The position numbers and the translations under genes were made by a program. From Mytilus californianus (taxonomy: Eukaryota), in NCBI RefSeq assembly GCF_021869535.1, contig NW_026262712.1, positions 28,520,001 through 28,584,000 of the forward strand: DNA of 64,000 nucleotides, in the 5' to 3' direction. Each line of letters opens with the position of its first letter. Position 1 is the stretch's first letter. Under the pieces are notes generated by a model. It ran no database searches. It was not told the DNA's origin and worked only from the letters and a program-made list of their open reading frames with translations. Shown here piece after piece: positions 25,331-39,185 of the stretch.

Positions 25331-26625
25331 TAAATGCGCTTTCGAAACTGACCCTGTTTAAATGAACATTGTTTTTGAAAGAGTTATATCTCCGAACATT
25401 TTTTCTTGTTACCACTACTCCTTCGTAACCGTTTAAGAAACCGACAAAATTGTTTTTCCAAATTGCTCTTATGATATAAAATAGTTTTGAACGAATCAAT
25501 CCGGAAACTCCATTTGAGAGTTTTCCTTAATGTAATCGACATAAGTGACATGTGATTGTAACTGGTAAACCGCAATTGATGGAGACCTGAGGGCTTTTTG
25601 GATGCTTAGGTCCAGCAAAAAATAAATGAAGTAAAAGTCACAGCTCAAGGTCATTTTCTAAATTTTGGCTTTTACTTGCTATCGCTACTTCTAAGAAACA
25701 GTAAAAGACATTGACAAAAGTGTTTTTTCTTCAAATTGTAGTTGCAACCTACCTAGGTCTAAATGATATGGCGACAAAGTATAGTAGTTTTTTCCTTGGA
25801 ATGTTTGAAATAAGATGTATTGTAATATAACTCATAAACCATATAAAGTAGAGACCTTTGATATTTTTATTTTGTCACGTTAAATGTCAATGTGATGTTT
25901 AAGATTTAGATTTTTGTTTAAAATTCATACCGATATGTGATATAATCTAAAGGTCTTTGCATAACGTTAAAAACATACGCCTTTGAAAATTGTCAACCAG
26001 AAATGACATTGTACTGAACCATTGTTTGCACTTATTTCAAGTTTAAGCTCATAAAACCATATATATTTGGAACTAGTGAAAGCTAACCTATTATATGAAA
26101 CTGGAAAATGATTTTATATGAAGCAGTTGTGGCAAATAATCTCCCTTTTTGCAAACAAAAGTTCATCAAAACATTTCATTTTTGGAATCACTGTTACTTT
26201 AGCTATAATTTGACACCGGATAATTAAATCTCTTATTTCCCTAGTGTGGACAGTGTATCACTTGCAATTTTTTTTTCATACACTTTCCAAATTTATTTCT
26301 TTATATTCTATGTATGAAATATTAAGTAAGGAGATTAAATTACATGTTAAAGAAATTTGGGTGCTGAATCTTTATGTTAAGTAGTTAAAAAAGGTCAAAA
26401 ACAAGTATTTCTGAAGCTGTCAAACTGAATTTTAGACCCCCTTAACATAGAATTGTCAATATTTTGAGTTAAAGCTAGTAGACTTCTCTGTTATTTTGAT
26501 ATTATTTGTCCCAATTGTAGTACACTACACTGTAAAAATCTTTTTGAGATAGAGCAGGTGAGATTTTTTTAATTTGACTTTATTGTCTAAAAGAAATGCA
26601 CTACGAAATAACTGAGTTCGCGGGC

Positions 26626-28263
26626 CTAAGAGATGCATTCAGGAAATGTAGACTCTGTACTTTGGCAACGTCCCTGAATAGTTTGCTGGTTTCAATTTGT
26701 CAAACTCAAAACAAAAGTAAAGGATTTACATCTTTATTTGAAAGAAATTCTGTTAAAATGTCCCATTTTGACATTATACGGCTAAAATAAGCATTTTAAA
26801 GCAGTTTCCATTTTAAGCCTAAGGCATGCTGACTCTCTATCTGACAGCTTTTTATGCTTTTATATTTGTGTTTCTATGATTTATTTAAATTCTATTAACC
26901 ATTTGTGAACTCTGAATATAGAGAAAAGTAGATTATCACAGAAAAAAATGTGCAAAATGTGTTGTATTTAGGCCCTAGTGGAACTGCCTGTTTAATGTAT
27001 GTGAAATGTGAAGAGCTTTGTACATAAAATGTGTAGTCCATCATTAATATTTTACTAAATCTGTAAAAAAAAAGCACTTGACAATGATCTGTGCACCTTA
27101 TCAATTTCATATACTACCTTTATTTTCTTCTGTAGGATAGTATGTGGTTCAAATATATGCCAGTTGAGACTAAATCTACATGAAAGTTTTCCATTAAAAA
27201 GTGAAAAAACTGTGCACCAGACCGTACTGTCTGCAAAAAAAATTGAATACAAGAGTCCTTTTGCAATTAGACTTCTTGTGTCATGACATCTTAGCATAGA
27301 AATGAGCAAAAAGTAACAAATTTCTATTTTTTATAGCTTCTGTATGCATTTTTATATGTAAATATGTGCTACGGCCTAAATTGACTATAAATAATGTTCA
27401 GTCTTACATAGCCTTAGACCGTTTTATACTTATTTGGTATGCTTTATGTAAATTTTCTTTCCATTTAAAGAACATTGAATATATATGGAAGAATGATTTA
27501 TGATAAAAAAAAACTTTAAAAACTTCAAATTGGTTGAAAAAAATGTATGTTTATGTAAGGCTCCCCTTAATTCGAAAATCTCTATTTTCAGGCACAGGCT
27601 TATATAAATTTGACTTTTGAATAATTGTAATAAATCTGATAAATAAAATCAGTTATCAGTTGCTTTTAATACTTAATGGTTTATATTTAAGAGCATTTAA
27701 AAAGCAATTTTTTTCAATATTTGATTTTTTAAGCCCAAATCTTGATAGTCGAAATTTTTTGATTTAAACATCAAAATTAAACATTCAAATTTCAATCTAA
27801 AAATGGCCATAGTTTCTATAATATATATCCTGTGGCCATGAAACTTGGCCAACTATCTTATAATTCCTTAAGCTTAGGTCATGCAAATTTTTAATAGAAT
27901 TGGTAAAGTCTTTCTATACTAAGAGATGAATTCAGGAAATGTAGATTCTGTACTTTGGCAACGTCCCTGAATGGTTTGCTGGTTTCAATTTGTCAAACTC
28001 AACAATAGTAAAGGATTTACATTTTTAATTGTAAGAAATTCTGTTAAAATGTCCCATTTTGACATTATACGGCTAAAATAAGCATTTTAAAGCAGTTTCC
28101 ATTTTTAAGCCTAAGGCATGCTGACTTTCTATCTGACAGCTTTTTATGCTTTGATATTTGTGTTTCTATGATTTATTTAAATTCTATTAACCATTTGTGA
28201 ACTCTGAATATAGAGAGAAGTAGATTATCACAGAAAAAAATGTGCAAAATGAGTTGTACTTAG
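26626..28263. repeat. About 345-bp direct repeat pair (26626-26972 and 27919-28263)
   Basis: CTAAGAGATG.ATTCAGGAAATGTAGA.TCTGTACTTTGGCAACGTCCCTGAAT...GTGCAAAAT..GTTGTA.TTAGG present twice, about 1293 bp apart, with high identity. Confidence 0.9.
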
Positions 28264-29299
28264 GAGCGTTGATTTTTACATCCTAAATAGGTCAAAAATA
28301 GAGATTTTTGCAAAATTTGACAAAATCGTACTGATCTCAACCAAATTAAGGCCTACGAAACAAAGAGCGCAGGCTTCGACAAACTAAATATTTAAGTCCG
28401 ATGTGTAAAATGTCATAACAAAGATTATGTTAAAAGATTTTTTCTGTCGACGCCTGCGCTCTATGTTTCCTGTCTTAGAAATCAATGGAACCTTACCCGT
28501 TTTCATTGCATTTTCGTGGAAAATCAAAATGAGTGCTATTTGTGACGTCATGAATAGAACGAAAGTACGTAAATTTTCAACAAAAAGACATATTTTCTAT
28601 CTAGTCATTGTATTAGCTATGATTCATTGTGATATTGGTCAATTAAATCTAATTTAAAATTTTAGCTAGAAATAGAGGCCATTTTAGGGCCTTATCGAAC
28701 CTACTCCTTTTCAACTTTAATAGACCACCCTGCCTGCAGGCTTAATTAAGATTGTCAGTTTAGAGAAATGTTCAACTTTAATTTTTGACTGGTCGTAGAG
28801 TCGAAGAATTGTGCAATTTTCTAAAATTTGAGGTCAAAGTTCGATAATCGAGATTTCATTAGTGTAAAAAAATTTCACGAGGGGTTATAAAAAGTCAGAA
28901 AATAATATCTGAATTGTAAAATAGGCAAGAAAATACTTTTTTAATGAAAAAGTAAATAAAAGCAATTTATTTTGGAGTCATTTTGAAAAATATGTAATCA
29001 CCAAATGCCTATTTTCATTCAGAAATTCAGATTGGCAACAAGAGAAAGACAAAAGACGAAACAGGGAATTGCTTTCAATTGATATTTTCAACATTACATG
29101 TACATTTAAAGATATATTGCTGAACTTTACGGTTTCATAAAAAGAATCGAAGAAAATTTTGTTTCTGTTTAATTAAATACTGGTTGCCAGCGGCAAATAT
29201 TTCACTATGTAACTGAGTAAAATTGTTTAAATGAAGTACTGTTGGTTAGCTTATATTTTTTTCTGTTATAAATATTGAGATTGTAAGGGTAGGAATTTT

Positions 29300-30700
29300 G
29301 ACATCAGCAACCTACCATGGACCCCCTCAGAATAATGTTGCTGCAAGGGTGCATTAACATGCAAAGTGTGCAAAGTGCACAACATTTTTCGAACACCGGG
29401 CTTCTCATTATTGATCCTTGGGTTTAAACATTCCGAACAGTTAAAGTGGTATCCACACTTCATGAGTTATATACAGTAGTATATTTGTACAATAATTTTT
29501 CCAAGATTTCCGACTTAACATATATTGTTCAGACATCCTTTTCATCACCGTCTTCTTCAGAAATGGCTTGGCGAGTAAGATGATTCCTACTTCACATACC
29601 GTGAACACGATTAAATACTTGTACAAGCCAAATTTTATGTGTTGCATACACAGCTTTTCTTTCAAGCTCTTTACCCTTGTATGTAAAAATAAGGTCTTGA
29701 AGAATCTCCGATGACATAGGTCCCTCGAAGAAAACCGGTATGTGTTCTCAATTCTTCAAACACATGTATGGTTTTTAAAAATAGTAAACAAATCTTCAAT
29801 GTTTTCAGTTGGATGAGACAAAATATTAAATTATGACAGTCAATGAACACCTTCATACGTTTGGTTCAATGCTTTTTATACAATTAATGTATATGCGTCA
29901 ATTGAAAAATGTTTTGAATGAAGGAATCATGAAAGCCTCCTATAGCAGTGTTAATTCTGGAACACCACGATTAAACTGTTCGAAAATTAGAAACTGTTAC
30001 TGTATTTCGAGCATAAATTTCAGAGTCAACATATAGGCCAAATAGCTCAGCTAAAACCAATAATTTACCAACTGTTGATGTATAAAAGATGAAAGCCCAT
30101 GAAATCCTCCTTTTCTTATAATGTTGGAGTATATAAAGTCTGACATAGACCATTTTTCTTGTAGGGCAACAATATAAGTTTGTATAGCATTTTGCTGAAC
30201 ATATCTAAACATTGTTTTATAGTGGTATATACAATAGTTGTTGCCATGTTGCTAGGGTTTGTGTCTATGACCGGAGCAAAGATTAGAAACGCATCTTCAA
30301 ATTTGAATTATGATAGCCTTCTGAAACAATTGTGGACAATTTTTTCAGAATTTTCTTCAAAAATGGGAATTGGACATAAGCTTTTCTTGAAATAAGTCGG
30401 AGAAATATCCAATATATGTCAGTTGTATCTATGTTTTCCTTCAAACAAAACTCAATGTCCCCATTAGCTAGGAGTTTTTTGTATCTTATCGATTGGTCAG
30501 CATTCCATAAGTTTGGTATTAGAATCATCCAGCGTCACAGATCTTTCTAGTTCAAGTTTAACCTTAAAGGACTTAGAATAGCGTTTGCTGTGGGTTTTTA
30601 TACTAAGAGACAGTCGTAGCTATGCAGTAAAAGTCTATTTTTAACCATCAATAGTCTCAGCATTGATGTCAACATTACATGCTCCCTTCTGTTTTATAAT
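29300..30700 (-). pseudogene. Degenerate DNA-transposon transposase (Academ-like, tentative)
   Basis: Across frameshifts the minus strand gives NVDINAETIDG (30644-30682), FAPVIDTNPS...VYTTIKQCLDM, AIQT...QEKWSM...IIRKGGFH, VGKL...VDSEIYARNT and QFNRGV...EAF, in the motif order I associate with Academ-type transposases. Cys-rich remnants near 29300-29460. Confidence 0.55.
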
Positions 30701-31993
30701 GACCACCTTCTTTCAATGTAGCGATATAGGTAAGTCCCATTGGATATGTCTAAGGACTGCGTTCAACTAGGATCTACTGAAGAGGCTGCATGTTATGTTT
30801 TGTTTTCATTTATGATTGTTGTCTTAATTTCAGTTTCAATTTTGACGTATTTTTTTCGGGTTTTAAATGGCCATTTGCTCGAACGGCTTCAACAATTTAG
30901 ATTGAACTACTGAACCCAACATTTGATTCTCGTTCCCCTTTTTGTTGCCGTACAACGATTGATTTTTTTCACAATGTTTTTTTTAAATGTTGTCAAATCG
31001 TGTAATAGGAAGCAACAGCAGATTTCATAAAGAAAAGACATGACAAAGAATGTTGGTGAACAAGCACGTCTTCGTGGATGAAACTATTGAGGCAATGAGA
31101 AGCCTTCTCGTAAATCATCCAACTCATCGTTCAATTACTTTTATCTTTGTAATGCTAAGTAAAATCATAACCAAGCAAGTCATGTAGTGAACTGCCTCGG
31201 TTTGGAATTCTTGTAAAAAAAGAGTGATCTTTTTTCTAAATCCCGTTTTTGTCCGATAATTGTACAATTTATTTTTATTCCTTCATCAGTTTCAGTATAA
31301 CGTAGATGTTTGTCGCGTTTGTACGAATTGTGCTTGCAGAAAGTACTAGAAGTCCAGTCAAAAGGAGTGGACATTGATCTGGTCAGAACAGACTAAGAAC
31401 AACATGGTTGAACAACGATCAAAAATTTATCTGTATGATCATCTAAAATATCAGGCTGTGTAAACGTTTCTAAAAAACCATACATGTACTAGTGTATGAT
31501 TTGCTATACGATTTGTGATACCTTAAAGTTTATATATCAACATCATCAAGCTAACTAGACTAATGTTATTGAGTCGGTGGTACACATCCTACTTTCTTAT
31601 ATTCACAGCATTATAAATGGTTCCTTTAGCAGTTACATGTAAACAAGAAAGTTTATTACTTGTTTTAATCAGATGTTTAATTCAACAAAATTCCAATTGT
31701 TTGAAGCACAACTTCTTTTAGCTTGCGAAAATTTCAGTATTAGTAGACTTCTAAAAGTAAATGTATTTCTGGAATACCACTTATTCGCCACAATTTGACT
31801 TTTAATGTTAGAAAAAATCTATTTTTAACTTTGAAAAAAACACGATAAATGTTTTTTTGACAAAACAATATCAAACAAAAACGTTGAAAAACGTTGTTCA
31901 ATGGTCATGTGATAAAACAAAATATCCACACTATTATATTTAATTGACACAAACACGAACTATGGTTTGATGCATTCGACGATTAAAAGCAAA

Positions 31994-32624
31994 CTAGAAC
32001 ACACCCGCGAAATCGCAGACATTTAGAGCGTGGTTGAAAGTATGTAAACTGTTGTAGGATGAATTTTTGTAAAAGACTTTATGACTGGAGAATTTCAGGA
32101 AAGGTATCAAAAGATATAGGTACTTGGGGACAGGTCAATTTGTTTAGCCCTTCCCCTTTTTTTCAACATCCGTTATGTTTTTGTTTTCTAGTTTTTCTGT
32201 ATACTGTGAACAAACATATACTATAATCTCTTTATCATATATGACCGCCGATGATATTAAACTTGGAATTGATAGTAAATAGCAAATACACATTTATTTG
32301 TAGTATATGTATGTTCATAGTATATAGAAAAAGCGACAATAATTGTCCTGTCCCCAAATACCTATGAAAATTATGTGTAATTTTAAACAGTCCTAAACGG
32401 AAGTCTTGTCTATGACTTAAAAGTCCGTCCGATGACGGAAACAATTTTCGGACGCCTTTATTTTCGTTTTCCTCCCAAAATAACCCAAACGGAATAATCA
32501 TAGGCGAGGATGACAAATGCGACTAGGCATGGTACCTATAGGACACAAAGGCATGATGATTAATGTATTGTGGAAGGAAGAGAAGCGACGCACAAAATGA
32601 GGTCTTCTCATTTAATAGTATAGA
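31994..32624 (-). mobile_element. Non-autonomous Helitron
   Basis: Minus strand begins A|TCTATACTATTAAA and ends with a GC-rich hairpin-like tract then CTAG|T: canonical 5'-TC, 3'-CTAG and A/T target, no TSD. Confidence 0.8.
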
Positions 32625-35363
32625 TGTAATTCGTATCGGTTAGAGAAAGAAATTGGGAAATTCACTGAATTACAATATCTATTGAAAATATGTCGAAAAA
32701 CGTGAAATTATTTGAAGAACTGAGCCGAAGTGTTCTCACATGTTTACAAAATGAAGTGTTATTACTTTTTATCTTGAAAATTTGAAAGATATCGATATAA
32801 TGTAAATTTACAAAAGTCCACATTTTCAAAACTGAGCGAAAACGTTGATAATATGGATAACTAGAGAAAATTACAGTTTCACAATATGAATAAACACTTG
32901 AACTCTTCATAAAATGCCAAATCAAGAGTTTGAGGACTATAAAAAAGGCACAAAAGAAAATTTGTTGTCGAGTTGCATTTTGAATGAAAACCTCAACATG
33001 TTTTTTCCTTTCCATTTTATGAAAAACTGCACCGCAGGAAATAGCTATGACCGGGCAAAAAAATAAGATTAAGGTATTGGCTTTGCAAAACAATAATTTT
33101 CAGCCTGCAGTTATGCCGGTCCATTAAAGTCGTAAAATAAGTACTCTTTTCTTGATTTGTCACTCCACTATTTATAAGAACCTGAACATGCTGAAGCAGG
33201 GTGGAATATTTTCAAAAAGAGTAAAAAACATTAAAAGAAAAATATGCTGATCTCATTGGTTTCTAAAAAATTATCGCTGGGGAATGGCATTTTGATTTGC
33301 ACAGAGTGCTTACAGTGAAACCAATTGGAAATTGAGATATGATTCATTACTATAGTATGATAAACAATTATCAGGAATCAAACATTTCGCACATTGTAAG
33401 AACTTTTAATGGCATATTATTTAGAATAACCCACATTCTATGTTTAAGATTTGGTGTAAACATCATGGTAAAAGGGTATGCATCTATGGTAAACAGAAAA
33501 GCGAAAGTAGAATCTTAAAATGAACTTAAATTAATATTATTGCATACATCATGGTAATGACAGATTTAATTTCGCCTTACCGTGAAATTCTTATACTTTT
33601 ATCTTAATCAGACTGAGCAAAATAATTGTCAACAGACTAACAAAATCTGCGTGTATCCAATATCCCATAATTCCTTTGTCTACCTGCACGATGGGTTTTA
33701 CTTGGTCGGCCAAGTATTGTCAGTTAAATCAAGTAAGATACGTGTGTTTGTAAACCTTAGATAATGTACTTTGTGTATTGTGTCAATTTAAAAACAAATA
33801 CAAAAACAAATTAACTAAACATGCCATGCAGTTTGATGCAATTTTCAAACAAACATCAGTTATTACTAGAGTTGATCTTGAAATATATTTTTGGACACTG
33901 GATGATGCTGATGCAAATGCTGATCGTTGATGATGATGCTCTACGGTACTAATATAGTTATGTATAACTTGCAGCGGCAAATTGAATGCATATTCATTAC
34001 GAGAAGCACACGTATATAACGTGTTATATGGAATCCTGGATATGTTTCTGCTTTATATTAAACCGACACATTGAGCCGGATGTTTAACCTGCTAATTTAC
34101 AAGGTAACAGTCCACATGAAGACATGTCCACCTACTCGGATATATTATTAGGAGGCAACCAGTTTATATCTAATTAAATGGTTGTTTGACTAATCTGAAT
34201 GCAAATATCATTAAATCTTTAATTTAAATATTTAAGGGACAATGACTTCTGACCGCTTTGGACCAATGAACCAAATGTAACCATTATAATAATCAAAACA
34301 TTTTGCGCCTCGCCATATATTCCTGTACCTGTCCCAAATCAAAAATGTCTTTCATTATATATCAATGAGATTGTTGTTGGTGTTCGATCTTTGATTTTCC
34401 GCTTTTTTAACTTATACACTAATTCTCTAGCTTCGGGGCGATTACATATAATTATGAGGGATGCCAACTCGATGATGAAAAACTAATCTCCATTTTACTG
34501 ATTTTGTGACGTTGTTTATTGGACATAAAACCCTCAACATTATTATCTATGATTAGATGATAGTTGTACCAGGAATTCCATACCGTAATGAATAGCTCAT
34601 TTACTACATATACATGATATACTAATCATTTTAAAAAATAATCTAATAAACCGCCATTGAAAAATGATTGCAAATCAAAGCAGATCAAACAACAGTATAA
34701 GTCAATACATTCAGGTTTTAATGAAACGAAAATCTGACGAAAAGGCGAATCTGAAATATCATTTAAATGATTTGTAGGCTTGTGCTTAAACCAATGTTTT
34801 CGTTTCGATATTCACTTTCGCGTTCTGTTCCACAAAAACCTTGACTGCATCGTCGAATTTAAATATATTTCTGAAAGAATAAAAGCATAAGTGCTAGGAG
34901 TTAATCTGTAATGAAGTAGAAGTTTATTCATAATATAAGTTCCAAGTGGAAGAAATATTATGTTATATCATTTCTACTTGAACAAATATTACAGTGTTTG
35001 ATCCTTACGGAATAAAGAGTATAAAATATTTGTTCCAACAACTTTTGTTATAACAAAGTTTCCGTTTGAAACTTCTGTAAGGCGAAACAAATATAGGTTG
35101 CACTTTGTAAATACAGCTGTTTCACAAACCACGCCTCTCTTGGGGAGATATATAATATTCATAGATATTTTGTAATTTTTTTACCTACTGGTTCCCAGAT
35201 ATGATCTCTATGTTTTATCTCGTAGAGACATAACTTGGGAATGTAACAAGTATACATTCACATGAATCGCGGTCAACTTGAAATCTGTGGAAGACCCAAA
35301 GTGACGGGAGGGGTATGCAGAATTTTAGTTTAAACTCTTAGAAGTTCGGGGCATATAAATCTT

Positions 35364-35919
35364 TGTAGCAACATTCCAGCAGCGCCTGCATATACGGAGT
35401 ATATATCTCCCAATTGATACGATATTCCCGGGCTTGTATTTCCTATCATGATTTACTTGATAGAGGATTGCTGCTCACAAGGAAGCTATTAAACCAAGAG
35501 TTCCAAATGGTGAAGTTGAAATCATCCCTTCGTAAATTTTACGGACGCCATCACGAGTTGGTTGACCGTTATGGAATAACCGTTTCACAGATGATATCGG
35601 ATATGTTCCTTATGTCGTAACTACAATACTCTTCCCTTTTCACGAATGTGACCTACCGAATTAGACTATTTACCGGATTTGTAATAACATAAGCAACACG
35701 ACGGGTGCCACATGTGGAGCAGGATCTGCTTACCCTTCCGGAGCACCTGAGATCACCCCCAGTTTTTGGTGGGGTTCGTGTTGCTTAGTCTTTAGTTTTC
35801 TATGTTGTGTCATCTGTACTATTATTTGTTTGTTTGTCTTTTTATTTTTGGCCATGGCGTTGTCAGTTTGTTTTCGATCTATGAGTTTGACTGTCCCTCT
35901 GGTATCTTTCGTCCCTCTT
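35364..35919 (+). mobile_element. 5'-truncated Penelope-like (Naiad-type) retroelement
   Basis: Nearly identical to 13990-14542. ORF end IRYSRAC...KLKSSLRKFYGRHHELVDRYGITVSQMISDMFLMS* followed directly by the 3' UTR. Confidence 0.85.
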
Positions 35920-36407
35920 TTGAAATATGCCGCACAGCCCTATATATTGACCTTTGAAAAAAAAGTAGTGCATATGAGCTTTCAATTCCAATATATTATT
36001 AAGAGTTATAAAACGTTAGTTGTGACAAAAATTTAGCTCCAAAATCCAGGTCGTTCATCGCTGTGTTGTCTGGTTAAATACTGTTTGCAAACATTGGGCC
36101 ATACATTAGATGCACTTATGTGATTTCTGTTTGTTTTTTTATTGTTTGTGTGTTGTTGCGTTGTTATCTCTTATGCAGTGTAGACACATTCTTTAATTCA
36201 TATGCCATTATAAGGAAATGTGAATTTAGATTTCTCGGAAGTACATAACTGACTATGATTAACATACGTGCAGCCACCCTTTCATGCATTAAGTTCAAAA
36301 TATTGACATCAAATAGCGCTAGATGAATATAAACAGATTCATTATACACGAGCGTTATCCATCCGAGTCCAAATAACGTATATCTTGGTTAAAGATTTCC
36401 TTCAACG

Positions 36408-38308
36408 CCAAATTTTCAACAACATTTAAAAATAGGGAAATGGTATCAAAGTTGTTAACAATGTTAAGCTCTAAAAACATTTTGAATTAATGAATATATG
36501 CGTGAAGTTATTGAAAAATCTTTAATTTGTTTCATTTATTAAACTTTTAAATTCTCAAATTACATTAGGTTTTAAAATTTTAAAATGCTGACCCTTCGAT
36601 CGACATGAGTTTACCTTACTTACATCAAATTAACGCAAGTTTTATATGAGACAAAATATATGAATACTTTCAATGATTTCTGAAGTTGACCTTTGAACTT
36701 GGTTTTTAATTGAAATATAATCATCTCTGAAATTTACGACAGGCATATTCTTAAAGTACAAGGTGTCGTCTTTCAAATGATAAATAATTTAGGTGTATGT
36801 TCGATGGGGTGATTGAATCCTTGGTCAACGAACTGTAACGTTAAAAAACACACGTGTATGTCACCTGATTTAACTAACAATTCTTCGCCAACCAGGTAAA
36901 AACTCAACAGAGATACAGGTAAATAAAGGAATTATGGGACATTAGCAACATGAAGTTTTGTAAGTCAGTTGACAATATTTTGCTCAGTGTATATCTGCTA
37001 TAACGTACGTATACTATGCTTATACCGGGGCTTATACGCAAACAATGTATAATCAAATTCAAATTTTTCAACAAAATTTAAAAGTAGGAAAATGGTATCA
37101 AAGTTGTTAACAATGTTGAGCTCTAAATAAAATTTTGAATTAATGAATATATGCGTAAAGTTATTGACAAATCTTTAATTTGTTTTATTTAAACTCTTAA
37201 ATTCTCAAATTCCAGTAGGTTTTAAAACTTATAGATTTTGACGCTTCGATTGAAAAGAGTTTACTTTACTTACACCAAGTTAGTGCAAGTTTTTTTTATG
37301 AGATAGAATATATTAAAAAAATCAACGGTTTCTGAAATTGACCTTGGAAGTTAGATTTTAATTGAAATATGACCATCTTTGAACTTTACGACAGGTATAG
37401 TCTTATAGTACAATGTGTCGTCTTTGAAATGATATATAATTTAGGAATATGTTCGATGGGGAGATTAAATCCTTGGGCATCGAAATGTAAGGTTAAAAAA
37501 CACACGTTTATATGTCACCTGATTAAACTAACAATACCTCGCCAACCAGGTAAAACATCATCTAAGATACTGGTAAATAAAGGAATTATGGGACATTAGC
37601 AACATGAAGTTTTGTAAGTCACTTGACAATATTTTGCTCAGTGTATATCTTATATAACGTACGTATACTATGCTTATACGCAAACAATGCATAATTAAAT
37701 TCAAATTTAAAAAATTTAAAAGTAGGAAAATGGTATCAAAGTTGTTAACAATGTTAAGCTCTAAATAAAATTTTAGATTAATGAATATATGCGTGAAGTT
37801 ATTGAAAAAAAATTTCCAGTAGGTTTTAAAACTTTCAGATTTTGACGCTTTGATCGAAAAGAGTTTACCTTACTTATACCAAATTAGTGCAAGTTTTTTT
37901 ATGAGACAAAATATATGAAAACGTTCAATGGATTCTGAAGTTGACCTTTGAACTTGGTTTTTAATTGAAATATGACCATCTCTGAACTTTACGACAGGCA
38001 TATTCTTATAGTACAAGGTGTCGTCTTTGAAATGATATATAATTTAATAGGTGTATGTTCGATGGGGAGATTAAATCCTTGGGAATCGAACTGTAAGGTT
38101 AAAAAACACACGTATATGTCACCTGATTAAACTAACAATACTTCGCCAACCAGGTAAAACATCATCTAAGATACAGGTAAATAAAGGAATTATGGGACAT
38201 TAGCAACATGAAGTTTTGTAAATCTGTTGACAATATGTTGATCAGTGTATATTTGCTATAACGTACGTATACTATGCTTATACGCAAACAATGTATAATC
38301 AAATTCAG
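36408..38308. repeat. Large tandem repeat, 3 units of about 652, 638 and 605 bp
   Basis: Anchor GGTATCAAAG at 36442, 37094 and 37732. All internal blocks are repeated in the same order. Confidence 0.92.
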
Positions 38309-38562
38309 GTATAGGCAAGATTAGAGCTGTTCTGTATCTCATACTATTGATTAATTTCAGTCAGAATTCTGATTCGTAAAAATTATCTCCATTTTATACC
38401 ACCTTAATTTTTCATTCATGAATATGGAAGCCAGTGTAAAGGTGACACGCTGTCAATTTAGCTCTTGAAACCGATTAATTTATTCACATGGAATTATTAA
38501 GATCCTTATACTTTTGTCCTTTTTGGTGGATTATGAACTTAATTTTTGTGAGAAATTCGACA

Positions 38563-39185
38563 TTTATGTCGCGAAAGCGAGACAAGGCGATCCTATATTC
38601 AGTCGTCGGCGTCGGCGTCGGCGTTCATCATTTATGTTCAGGCTGGGGTTAAACTTATAAAAGACATCAATAACTTTTTCAATTATGAAATTATGAAATT
38701 TAGACAGAAGCTTATTTATTAACAAAAGACAGTACCCAGAGCCAAGTATTGAAAATATGTATTTTCCTATTTCCGCATTTACTGATAAATGGACTTAGTT
38801 TATTGTACTATTAACATTCAGATTAAGTGCGAGGTTAAAGTTTTTTTTAGAAATCAATAACTTTGTCAAACCGTCATGGAATTTTTATGAATTTTGGACA
38901 AAATCTTGTTTATGATCAAAAGACAGTTTTTCCAAATTAATATTCATGTTGAATCAGAGGTTAAAGTTTGTTACACATCAATTATTTTCAAATTGTCAAT
39001 TCTTCAAAGAATTTTATTAAATTTGGCAGAGCTTATTTATGGTTAAGAGAAAATGTCTGTAGCAATCTTTGAAAAAATATTTTTATTTTAGTTTCTGTAT
39101 TTTTCTGATAGATTTAGTTTTTTTTCGTTTTTACACCGTCAGCAACAATCACGGGCGAGACACAAGTTCAAATGTGCATCTGGTT
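38563..39185 (+). mobile_element. Degenerate Helentron-like element
   Basis: Remnant GTCGCGAAAGCGAGAC end, (GTCGGC)n microsatellite, distal GGGCGAGACAC. Same layout as 53474-54472. Confidence 0.5.

Noticed and set aside
26626-28263. LTR retrotransposon or miniature terminal-repeat retroelement
   Set aside because: No TG...CA ends, primer-binding site, polypurine tract or TSD found.
32662-33093. 143-aa minus-strand ORF
   Set aside because: Starts at a non-ATG codon, has hydrophobic low-complexity composition typical of AT-rich repeat sequence, and shows no motif or splice support.
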